A DNA stretch of 33,906 nt, taken from NCBI GenBank assembly GCA_045533315.1, contig JAZSHN010000097.1:1-33906 (forward strand), in the 5' to 3' direction. Source of the stretch: Eubacteriales bacterium. Its GTDB lineage: Bacteria; Bacillota; Clostridia; Oscillospirales; CAG-272. The notes below the pieces were generated by a model. It worked only from the letters and a program-made list of their open reading frames with translations. It was not told the origin of the DNA and did no database searches. The translations under genes and the position numbers were made by a program. Below, piece after piece: positions 26,901 to 33,816 of the stretch (position 1 is the first letter of the stretch; every line of letters begins with the position of its first letter).

Positions 26901-29286
26901 TTCCGTATTCGACAGTGCCGTTAGCTCCGCCGCCCGTACCGCCAAGTCCGTAATTGTATACTATTTCGTATTTTTCGGGGAGGTAATATGCGTAAAGCGT
27001 GATGCTTTCCTTGATTTCAAAGAACTGCTCGTCAATTCTTTTGCCGTTTGCGGCAGCTCCGCCCGGAACGTTATACCAATCCAAGAAACGGTAGCCCGCC
27101 CTTTCGGTAAGCGGAAGGGATATTTTATCTCCCGTTGCCAAGTATACGGTATTCACCGCGGTGCCTCCGAGGGTATCGAATACAACGGAATGGGCAACAA
27201 CCGAAATTTGCGTCCATTCCGAAGCGCCCTCACCGTTAACAAAGCGAAGCTTTATTATGTTTTCACCCGCTTGCGTGAGGGGGAGCTTTACAAGGGTCGC
27301 ACCCCTTACCTCCTCTGCGGGGAAATCGTTTATCTTAATTTCGTAATAATCCGCCTCTATAACGCAGTCCCAATAAAGCACACCGTCGGAATAGGTCGGC
27401 TCTGTGCCCACAAATCCGCTGTGACACACTATGGGTGCGGACCACGCCGATGCCGTATCTCCCACGGCACGGATTTTAATTTCATAGGAATTTCCGTTTT
27501 CTATATTGACAATTGCGGAGAGGTCAAGGCTGTTCCCCGCAGCCGAGTAGATGCTTCCGTTAACCGAAAGCTCGTAGCCGACGGCTTCGTCAACCTCCGC
27601 CCAGGTGATGAGCGCTCCGTTAACCGAGAGTCCGTCGGGGGTGGGGATTGTCACCTTTCTTACCGTTGTTTTTGAGGGTGCGGGGGATAGATATCCCTCC
27701 GCAACGGGATAAACGCTTACGCCGATTTCGCCGGCACGACAGCACCCGAGGTCAAGGGTGACGGTGGCACCGTTGATTTTAAGCAGGTGGTTGTGGCTTT
27801 CTCCGCAGTCGACGCTTACCGTATAAAAATCCGCATTTTCAACCGAATTCCAGGTTAAAACCGAGTCCTCGCCGTTCCAATTGAAGCCATCAACGGCGGA
27901 AAGCTCCCGCTTATAAATAAGCTCGTCGGAAACCGAGGTCAAAAATCCGTCGGCAACCGCCTTTACAGTAAATTTTATTCCGTCCTTCGCCATAGGACAG
28001 TTAGCAAAGCTAAAGGTTCTTGAGCTTCCGTTATCGACGTCGGTGTGAATGTGATTTTCATTGCCGCAGACCACGGTGACGAGATAACGCTCTGCTCCGT
28101 CGACGCCGTCGTAGACAAGAAAGCTTCCGTCCGAAACGAAAAGTCCGCCAACCTTATCAAGTCCCTTGTTGACGTATGTATAATACGCCTCCGAATTGTC
28201 CTCCGCAGCGGTGCTTGCGTTGGCAACGACCTTTACGGAGAAAACGCCCGCGGGGTAGTCCGCAAACGGAATATCGATTTCAGAGTTGCTTACCGATTTG
28301 GATAAAAGCACGCTTCCTCCCGCATCGGTTACGGTTACGTCGTAAGAACGAGCGCCCGATACCGCACCCCAGGAAACGCCGCCCGCAGAAACGGTAAGCG
28401 AGGGGGGCAGAAGCACAGTGCTTTCGGTCGAATACCAAAGGGCGTATACGGTTGTGCTTGAGGTAATAACGACGTCCTCGCTCAACCGATAGGAGAGTCT
28501 TTCCGCATTGTTATCCGTGCTTATCCACCAGCCGTTGAAGACAAAGCCGCTTCTTTCGGGTATGGGGGCGTCGAAAATCCTGCCTCCGATTGTCGGAATA
28601 GCAGCAAAGGCTTCGCCGTCGGTATATCCGACGTCAAAGGACACGGTATATTCGCGTAAGCCGTTATCGTCTATCCACCTTGCATAAAGGGTCAGGTCGG
28701 AGGTAACTATGTCCGAGGCAAAGGTAAACGGCAGCTTGAATTCGCTGTCCATATACCAACCGACAAAGAGGTAATTTTCCTTGACGGGGTCGGCGGGCTT
28801 TTTAACGGTCTGTCCGTTGGTAACGGTCACGGCGGCAAGCTTGCTTCCGCCGTCGGTTTCAAAGCTTACGGTATAGTCAACCCTTCTGAAAAGGCGCAAG
28901 GCAGCACCGTTATAGCTTAAGGTCACGGTGGCATTTTCATATACCGCAACGATGCTTTTTTCGCCATCCTTGTCAAAATCAAGAGTAATCGACGAGCCCT
29001 CAAGTCGGTAGTCGCCCGTAAGCGATAGCCCGTCGAGGACGAAAAGAAATTTTCCGGTTTCCTTTAAGGTAAGCTCGCACTCGCCCCCGCCGATGCTATA
29101 ATAGCTACCGACAGCCGAGGGGTCAAACCTTTCCTTCGGGCGGTTTGTGCGAAGCAGCGAGGATATAATAAGCACCGCGGCAACGGCAAGCGCCGCAACG
29201 GCGAGAAAAACAGCCGCAATCAGAATTATTTTTCTTTTGCTTGCTGTCGAATCCTCTGAATTCCTGTTTTTTATTGGATTTCCCAT
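20965..29286 (-). CDS. Giant (~2773-2777 aa) N-terminally anchored surface protein: 5 Flg_new + ~5 Fn3-like + ~1700 aa BspA-type LRR + PPC-like C-terminal domain
   Basis: A single uninterrupted ORF. The track start is a GTG at 29298. The ATG at 29286 (MGNPIK) has GGAG 11 nt upstream. The TM helix is 'IILIAAVFLAVAALAVAAVLIISSLL'. Flg_new motifs include 'ENYLFVGWYMDSEF...DLTLYARW'. Fn3-like segments read 'VSWGAVSGARSYDVTV'. LRR_5 units of the type 'IP.SV..IG..AF..C..L' run from roughly nt 21619 to 26646. The C-terminus 'NYFKLTAAAGDVWNI...GTYFIGVGY' looks like a pre-peptidase C-terminal (PPC) beta-sandwich. Confidence 0.92.
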   Translation of the reverse strand: MGNPIKNRNSEDSTASKRKIILIAAVFLAVAALAVAAVLIISSLLRTNRPKERFDPSAVGSYYSIGGGECELTLKETGKFLFVLDGLSLTGDYRLEGSSITLDFDKDGEKSIVAVYENATVTLSYNGAALRLFRRVDYTVSFETDGGSKLAAVTVTNGQTVKKPADPVKENYLFVGWYMDSEFKLPFTFASDIVTSDLTLYARWIDDNGLREYTVSFDVGYTDGEAFAAIPTIGGRIFDAPIPERSGFVFNGWWISTDNNAERLSYRLSEDVVITSSTTVYALWYSTESTVLLPPSLTVSAGGVSWGAVSGARSYDVTVTDAGGSVLLSKSVSNSEIDIPFADYPAGVFSVKVVANASTAAEDNSEAYYTYVNKGLDKVGGLFVSDGSFLVYDGVDGAERYLVTVVCGNENHIHTDVDNGSSRTFSFANCPMAKDGIKFTVKAVADGFLTSVSDELIYKRELSAVDGFNWNGEDSVLTWNSVENADFYTVSVDCGESHNHLLKINGATVTLDLGCCRAGEIGVSVYPVAEGYLSPAPSKTTVRKVTIPTPDGLSVNGALITWAEVDEAVGYELSVNGSIYSAAGNSLDLSAIVNIENGNSYEIKIRAVGDTASAWSAPIVCHSGFVGTEPTYSDGVLYWDCVIEADYYEIKINDFPAEEVRGATLVKLPLTQAGENIIKLRFVNGEGASEWTQISVVAHSVVFDTLGGTAVNTVYLATGDKISLPLTERAGYRFLDWYNVPGGAAANGKRIDEQFFEIKESITLYAYYLPEKYEIVYNYGLGGTGGGANGTVEYGSDYTLEIPVANEVTLSFGGWFEAPYGKGTQYTDPLGNSLIPWNTVGGKELYAFWIDETLVFNKVKVNGRDAYAVSMGPRISLVAEVTVPAYHNGLPVAMIDGGAFAGCIGLKTVSIPATVEVISGLDPFAGCSSLTDINVYAVEGVGSPKYKSEGGVLIENRSTGAAILRMPAGRTGSYVIPDGIGEIAEGAFTDSALASVTVSADVTKIGNDAFNRAASLKTVAFALSRGDTEKELSIGKRAFAFCTALENITLPTRLSSLDLSKYYLNSSGAFCESADYAFVGCTALESVKVASGSHYYSVVDGMIYSADGGQLIYCPTAKRGVVNIAPGTQSIASGAFVGCDLITEIVIPNTVTYIGEYAFSAIQIGKLTFKGMGFSSVTVGDRAFANCTSLSEVMFEEGSQISVIGERAFLNCTSLKGFTITSSVVLIRDGAFENCKGLESVSFEGGKRALEFGKGVFGGCTALTTVNIPANVSVIPGIFGGCTSLKEVKVDKNNPYFTSQGGVVFNKDKTEIIYFPQGKGGEYAIPDTVTSVAAGVFAGNRSLTALVIPNTVSYIGEEAFKNTDIDRIVFMGDVYADELVIAKSAFEGARFEGYDFTLPPHTKSIGDYAFAEVFYKKILLNDGLESIGSYAFYNPSNDNGAALVIPASVVSIGEYCFSGETLSTSYVTAHRFMDVKFTAEGSALTSIGDFAFYKNAKITSAIIPDSVKSIGNYAFYECYNLAELTLPVSLEVIGAYAFAASAYTYQVPISTLEIPASVHTIGARAFENCQMLTTVSFLGTDDSPDLTIGTAYRRKYESDGVEMFSVERGNVFASCTRLTEVSLSPNVIALGDYCFTKSGDFGFRVSLPADSRLATIGAFCFYKSQLVSFTVPATVRNLEPIEEYGSLYNRLGIGDYAFAVSVGRLTEITFLTDFNSYPLTIGYGAFENQSQLTSIKLPARLSSYVSADGSVIPPLANGALVFYGARSLSDIGCEQGCPYTVSGGVLYTADLGELVYCPTSLSADVVIPSSVTRIQDYAFFGCNGVSSVTFAGKSNLSYIGDYAFYGASAIESITLPSGVGSLGEGAFNNASSLLGITLSKNLESLDISVFDGCTALKNIYVPSENAGLCSENGVLYSKDKTVLLLYPYGRTDAEYTVNSEALSIGAGAFAGNESLHTVFLPSGLVEIGERAFEGCSALTAVTIPVSVEIIGDGAFSNTLSLESLLFAEGEGKKLVIGDGAFGGSGVGAVKLPARLAYIGNDAFRNSKLALLSFESAEVYQLSAIGGYAFAGTPLVAVILPSGITTVGDGVFYGAARLESLVFGEGLEAIGKEAFKGSSVKTVHLPASLKTLGASAFYGCSQLQSVSFASGSQLEAIPAGCFYGCTSLKSFSVPTLVRELGGAKDNGAFEGCKALSEFGFEGDDFCTVIGDYAFRGCSSLVGFGIPSTVGTLGNFAFADCSSLSEIVIHRGTVKLGEGTFAGCTSLSRVEMNTGSDRLPERMFEGCTSLTHIFIPSGVGEIGEDCFRGSSVEEFEVAEENRSLVSVDGIIYNASKTLIVYFPPKYASTTLFIPKEVVEIREGNFRYSTGIKEVIFEEGGTAALNIGSYAFDGCYQIRRVVLPERLVSIGSYAFRECYGLTSITIPRNVKTIGYAAFSKCAKLYEVYNESSIENITKDTYIDYININSYIGARVNIFTPTEGSSVIEREGEFLFTTVSGVKRLIGYEGDESVIRLPDGSYELAPYMFSMDTSVQAVIVPSGVTLQGSFMFDGCDNLRAILLMSEAIPDTWPNNWNNGHPVFVGYTGAEITYTFNTNGASAIEPVVSSNPIKLPTPSIDGKVFMGWYDNAELVGEPLPAEYYSSSKTELYAAYMDEAEYVEKYLRGQSMEYAHDLLGTATLAVDIRAKGTQNYFKLTAAAGDVWNIATPSGMGYHKIWIYDAYGNVILEYSSKTSDLIHDINYDFTFVKEGTYFIGVGYKDQSRESGSFEVTFTRV

Positions 29287-29342
29287 TCGGTAATACACTC
29301 CGTTTTTCTTTATGACGCGGTTGCGTCAATATTAACCAAAGG

Positions 29343-31166
29343 TTAATCGGTAACAGCCTCCGCAAAGGTCAGTCCCGCATTTTCCTTTGTATAGGATTCC
29401 ATATCCGCCTCTCCCATATCGAGAGCATACTCTGCATAGAGGGCGTCCCAATCCGTCTTTTCCACATCAACGGCGGTTCCGTTTTCCAGCTTGTAGTATC
29501 TCTCCACGAGGTCGGAGGAGTCGTACTCAACCCCGATTGCGGTCAGGCATTTAAGCTCTGTGCCATTGATTTCATAAACGAAATATTCGCTGTTGCTTTC
29601 ATTTCCCTCTATTATTCCTACCTTTACGTGAATGCGTCCGTCCGCATCGATAAACGCCCGTCTTACGTCGGTGTAGGAATCAAGAAGCGCGGGGCTCCCG
29701 TCAAGCTCTGTGAATATCGCGAGAACGGCGTAATTGCTGTCAAGGAGGATAAGCTCCTGTATTCCGTCCTTGTTAAGGTCCGCCCTTGCAAATCCGAATT
29801 TCGCGTTGCTGCTCGGCACAAGGGCACAGGCGGCAAAAATCCTGTTATAAATGACGAAATCAGCCTCCGAATTAAACCTCATACCCTCGTCGTAATCTCC
29901 CGCAATCCATTTGCTGCGAGTGAATTTTCCGCCCGCAGCCTCCGAAAGCATAAGACCAAAGGTCTTAATTATCGCATCGTAGGAGGAATAATCGGCAACG
30001 AGCGTTGTAACGAGCGAGGTTGTAAGTGCAGGATTGTAGGTAAGATTGTTAAGCTTTGTAAGTCGGGTGGGATTTTCCCAATAATAGGAATAATAGTCCC
30101 TGATTTCCTTATATTCCTCGTAGGTCAGAGAGGATTTGTTCCCGTCCCCGTCTACAATGTAATGAACGTCGTCGCCCTGTGTTGCATAGTCGGCATCCGA
30201 ATCCTCCCAGCCGTAGGAAATGCCAACAAGCCTTCCGCCCTCAAGACGGGTGATATGGTATCCGAGGAAGATTTGTCCTCCGTTAGAATCAAATTCCTTT
30301 GTGTTAAACAGCACAAGACCGTTCTGTCCGAGGTAGCCCATCCCCTGCTGAAAGGCTGCGACGGGTGTCGGAGTCTTGTCAACGAGAGTGAATATGGCGT
30401 AAAGGCTTTTCGTGCTTTCCGTCAAAAGCAGCTCAACGTATCCGTCCGAATCAAGGTCCATATAGGTGTAGCCAAACTTGTTATAGGGCTGGAATTGAGC
30501 AACAACCTCATAAAGAACGTCCACAAACGGAGGCTCGTCCGTTCCTCGGGGAGGAAGCTCCTCGTTCATATATTTATAAAGAACGAGGTATTGGTATTTT
30601 TCAACGACTTTGTTGTAGTATTCTCTTCCACCGTCGGCGGGAATATAATCCTCGTCAACCGCTGCACAATGGACGCATGCGCCCTCGAAGAAATAGTGCG
30701 TGCAGACAATTTCGCACTTTGCACAAACGCTGTCGACAAATACGTGACGGCAGGGAATGCCGCAGGTAACGCACGCCCCCTGCGAGTAGCTGTGCAGGCA
30801 AACGGTTTCGCATTCGGCACAAACACCGTCGGTAAAGGAGTGAGTGCAAATCTTTATACACTTGATACAAACGCCGTTTATGTAGCTGTGAGCACAGAGA
30901 GTGCCGCATTTCGAGCAGACCCCGTCGGTATAGCTGTGCTCGCAGGGCGGAATGTAATTCGGGTCGCTCTCTCCGCAAGAGGTGCAAGCCCCATCCGAAA
31001 ATGTGTGATTGCAGGGCGGAACATATCCCGGGTCCTTTTCCCCGCAAAGCTTACACGCACCGTCGGCAAACTCGTGCTTACACCCTTGGCAGGCGGCAAG
31101 CATTGCAGTAAGGAGAAGCACAACGGCAAAAAGACAAATCAATTTGTAGGCAAGCTGTTTTTTCAT
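29343..31166 (-). CDS. Lipoprotein with eight tandem Cys3-His modules followed by a domain with DxDxDG-type (FG-GAP/VCBS-like) motifs
   Basis: The track start at 31178 is a TTG. The ATG at 31166 (MKKQLAYKLICLFAVVLLLTAMLAAC, lipobox LAAC) has GAGGT 5 nt upstream. The repeats read 'C.H.(F/Y).(D/N)G.C..C'. Later motifs are 'YMDLDSDGYVELLL' and 'RADLNKDGIQELILL'. Confidence 0.88.
   Translation of the reverse strand: MKKQLAYKLICLFAVVLLLTAMLAACQGCKHEFADGACKLCGEKDPGYVPPCNHTFSDGACTSCGESDPNYIPPCEHSYTDGVCSKCGTLCAHSYINGVCIKCIKICTHSFTDGVCAECETVCLHSYSQGACVTCGIPCRHVFVDSVCAKCEIVCTHYFFEGACVHCAAVDEDYIPADGGREYYNKVVEKYQYLVLYKYMNEELPPRGTDEPPFVDVLYEVVAQFQPYNKFGYTYMDLDSDGYVELLLTESTKSLYAIFTLVDKTPTPVAAFQQGMGYLGQNGLVLFNTKEFDSNGGQIFLGYHITRLEGGRLVGISYGWEDSDADYATQGDDVHYIVDGDGNKSSLTYEEYKEIRDYYSYYWENPTRLTKLNNLTYNPALTTSLVTTLVADYSSYDAIIKTFGLMLSEAAGGKFTRSKWIAGDYDEGMRFNSEADFVIYNRIFAACALVPSSNAKFGFARADLNKDGIQELILLDSNYAVLAIFTELDGSPALLDSYTDVRRAFIDADGRIHVKVGIIEGNESNSEYFVYEINGTELKCLTAIGVEYDSSDLVERYYKLENGTAVDVEKTDWDALYAEYALDMGEADMESYTKENAGLTFAEAVTD
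30666..31082 (-). repeat. Coding tandem array of 8 Cys/His modules, two of 23 aa and six of 13-16 aa
   Basis: CKHEFADGACKLCG.. / CNHTFSDGACTSCG.. / CEHSYTDGVCSKCG / CAHSYINGVCIKC / CTHSFTDGVCAEC / CLHSYSQGACVTCG / CRHVFVDSVCAKC / CTHYFFEGACVHC. The spacing is invariant, C-x-H-x5-6-C-x2-C. Confidence 0.9.
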
Positions 31167-31195
31167 TTTGTACCTCAATAATTATAAATAAATGT

Positions 31196-31224
31196 ATTAT
31201 ATCACACACGCATAATTATGTCAA
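31196..31224 (-). promoter_or_regulatory. Sigma-A type promoter heading the surface-protein cluster
   Basis: Minus strand reads TTGACA-taattatgcgtgtgtga-TATAAT. Both hexamers are consensus, the spacer is 17 nt and the -10 is extended with TGn. The -10 box lies ~30 nt upstream of the ATG at 31166. Confidence 0.8.
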
Positions 31225-31957
31225 GAGAAAAAGGAAAATAGCTTTACTTCAGCTAACCTTATCGTCAAAGCACTCCGCAATCGCCCAAAAGTGCCACCCC
31301 GTGTTAAATTTTCCCCAAAATTCGGGGGGATAAAAACCGACACCGTTACAGACAAGAAAGTCAAATCCCGCCTCGACGTACGATTTACAGCAACAGCATC
31401 AATTAACGGTGAATTATCCGAAAGTCACTGCACGCAATAAGCATAATTGTAAATTATTCTTTACATTTACGCCGTTGTATTCTTAAAATTGTAACTTATT
31501 GTTGGCAAAAATGATAAAAGCTAAAAAACCGCTTACCTGCAAAAAAACGAAGAGCGAATGCTTGTAAGGAGGCAAATCGTAAAGCAAAGCACGACGTTAC
31601 CCGTGCTTTCGCGAAGAGTTGCCGAAAACATGGAAGCGACGCGTTCGATTTCCTCATTATCCGCGCCCCTTTATTACCCGTTGTCCGTTTCGCCCATTAC
31701 CTTCTTCTTTCTTCTCAAAGGGCAAATTTTCAGCAGCCGTGACCCGTTTTCGTTTTTCCGACGCACAAGGGAATAATATTTCAAAAATGAATATTTATGC
31801 ACCGCCGTTATTATCACTTCTGCGCCCATTGTGAACAAACGGTAAATTTTAGCTTTGCAGATTGAAAAAATTTTAACAAACTTTTTTCGCGCTTAATCCT
31901 CTTTTTTGTAATAAAAGACAAAATTAGCTTATTTGCAGTTTTTTTACACTTTTTTTC

Positions 31958-31986
31958 TTGACTTAAATTGACAGAATTTGTATAAT
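31958..31986 (+). promoter_or_regulatory. Sigma-A type promoter for the S8 peptidase gene
   Basis: TTGACT-taaattgacagaatttg-TATAAT with a 17-nt spacer, ~55 nt upstream of the ATG at 32041. That ATG has GAGGA 6 nt upstream. Confidence 0.75.
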
Positions 31987-32040
31987 ATCATAGCGTGTGC
32001 TTTTTTACATACGCGCACAAGAAAAATTCGAGGAATTAAA

Positions 32041-33732
32041 ATGCAAAATCTGAACACCACAACTCAAAAAAGAAATGGCAAAACATTTACGAAGCTTACC
32101 TCCCTGCTTCTGTTTATAGCATTGCTGATACAAGCCCTTTCGGTTTGCTGCTTTGCTATGGCGGACGGCGGCGTCCTCTTCGGCGACCCGTCAACCGGTA
32201 AGGGCGGTATCCTTAACGGAATTGGAAGCTTTAACAGCGACGAAACAATCGTCCAGCTTAAAAAGGACCTTATCGCTTCAATGAACAAGGACCTTGTTAA
32301 GAGGGTAGAGGATTATCAGCTCAAGGGCGAGGTGAGTGCAATCGTCACCTTCTCCGACAGCTCGCTTATATCCGCTTACACAAGCTCTACGGCGGTAAGA
32401 ACGATGAGCTTTGCCGACTATCGCAAGTCCGAATCCGCACTGAACCTAAAGAGTGCGCTTTCAAGCAACCAGTCAAGCGTGCTTGCTTCGCTTAAGTCGG
32501 CGGGGCTTATCGATGAGGTTGAATACAATTACTTCAACATCATGGACGGCGCGGCGGTCAAAACTACATACGAAAATCTTGAGGCAATCACGCAGCACAG
32601 CGGAATTGAAAGAGTAATGGTATCCAACACCTATCTCCCCGCTGTTGCGGTTGACAACCCCGTAGACGTATACGAGACAGGTATATTCAATAGCAGCGAT
32701 ATCCGCTTCACCGGAAAGGGCACAATCGTTGCGGTTCTCGATACGGGCTGCGACTATACTCACAGCGCGTTTACCTCCTATACCGTTCTCGAGCCCGCTT
32801 TTGACAGAGCGAGAATTGAGGGACTTCTCGACAAGACCGTAGCATTCAGCTACGACAATTCTCTTGAGGCAAGAGAGGTATACTACGGTAACATCACCGG
32901 CGGCAAAATCGCATTCGGCTACGACTACGCCGACAAGGACCCCGATATTATGCCCTTCTCGGAAAGCCACGGCACTCACGTTGCGGGCGTTATCGGCGGC
33001 AAGGACGATACCATCACGGGCGTTGCAATCGACACGCAGTTTGCAATAATGAAGGTATTCAGCGACTACAAAGCGGGCGCGGAGGACGACGACATCCTTG
33101 CGGCTCTTGAGGACTCGGTTACCATCGGCGTCGATGCAATCAACATGAGCCTTGGTACCTCCTGCGGCTTTACGCGCGAGGTCGACGAGCAGTACAAGAA
33201 CGAGGTTTACGACAGAATCAGAGAGGCGGGCATTTCCCTCATAGTTGCTGCCTCTAACGATTACAGCAGCGGTATGGGCGGCGAAGAGGGTAACACCAAC
33301 AAGACCGAAAATCCCGACTCCGCGACCGTCGGCTCTCCCTCCACCTACGATGCGGCAATGTCTGTTGCATCAATTAACGGCCGCAAAGAGAAGTATATGC
33401 TCGTAAACGGCAAAACCGAGGTGTTCTTTACCGAAGCATTTAATATGAGCTCCGAGGAATACGATTTCTTCGAGATGCTTGGTATAAATAAGGATAATCC
33501 CCACGCAGAATTCGAATACGTAACCATTCCCGGAAACGGTTATCAGATCAACTATATCGGTCTTGAGATGGAGGGCAAAATCGCCCTTGTAAGACGAGGC
33601 GATATAACCTTTGAGGAAAAGGTGCAGTATGCACGCGAGGCAGGCGCGGCAGGCATTATCATATACAATAACGTTTTCGGCTCGATTTCAATGACGGTTG
33701 GTAACAACCTCCAGATTCCCGTCGTTTCAATC
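32041..33732 (+). CDS. Secreted S8 (subtilisin-like) serine peptidase with inserted PA domain; 3' end missing (contig end or artifact)
   Basis: Signal peptide is 'KLTSLLLFIALLIQALSVCCFAMA'. The catalytic Asp motif 'VAVLDTGCDYTH' has its GAT at 32740-32742, and the His motif 'HGTHVAGVIGG' has its CAC at 32968-32970. The PA-domain motif is 'GKIALVRRGDITFEEKVQYAREAGAAGIIIYNN'. The catalytic Ser region is not reached. The apparent stop at 33760-33762 lies inside adapter sequence. Confidence 0.88.
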
Positions 33733-33816
33733 AAGTCGGATCGTAGCCATGTCGTTCTGTGAGCCAAGGAGTTGAACAACTTGCTTGTCTTCCTAAGACC
33801 GCTTGGCCTCCGACTT
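33733..33816. other. Complete MGI/BGI DNBSEQ library adapter, non-biological sequence
   Basis: 33733-33774 is AAGTCGGATCGTAGCCATGTCGTTCTGTGAGCCAAGGAGTTG, the standard BGISEQ/MGISEQ read-2 adapter. 33775-33784 (aacaacttgc) is a 10-nt index. 33785-33816 is TTGTCTTCCTAAGACCGCTTGGCCTCCGACTT, the exact reverse complement of the read-1 adapter AAGTCGGAGGCCAAGCGGTCTTAGGAAGACAA. Confidence 0.95.

Noticed and set aside
29628-31181. 517-aa plus-strand ORF antisense to the Cys/His-repeat lipoprotein gene
   Set aside because: The reasoning is the same. The minus-strand ORF has a promoter, RBS, lipobox and a coherent repeat architecture. The plus-strand product has no recognisable features and runs into the promoter region of the opposite gene.
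31558-31834. 72-aa and 71-aa plus-strand ORFs, and a 51-aa minus-strand ORF (MGAEVIITAVHKY...), in the large intergenic region
   Set aside because: They have no Shine-Dalgarno at proper spacing and an odd composition rich in R, P, S and F or in K and R. None matches a family I recognise, so they are kept only as part of the unexplained non-coding region finding.
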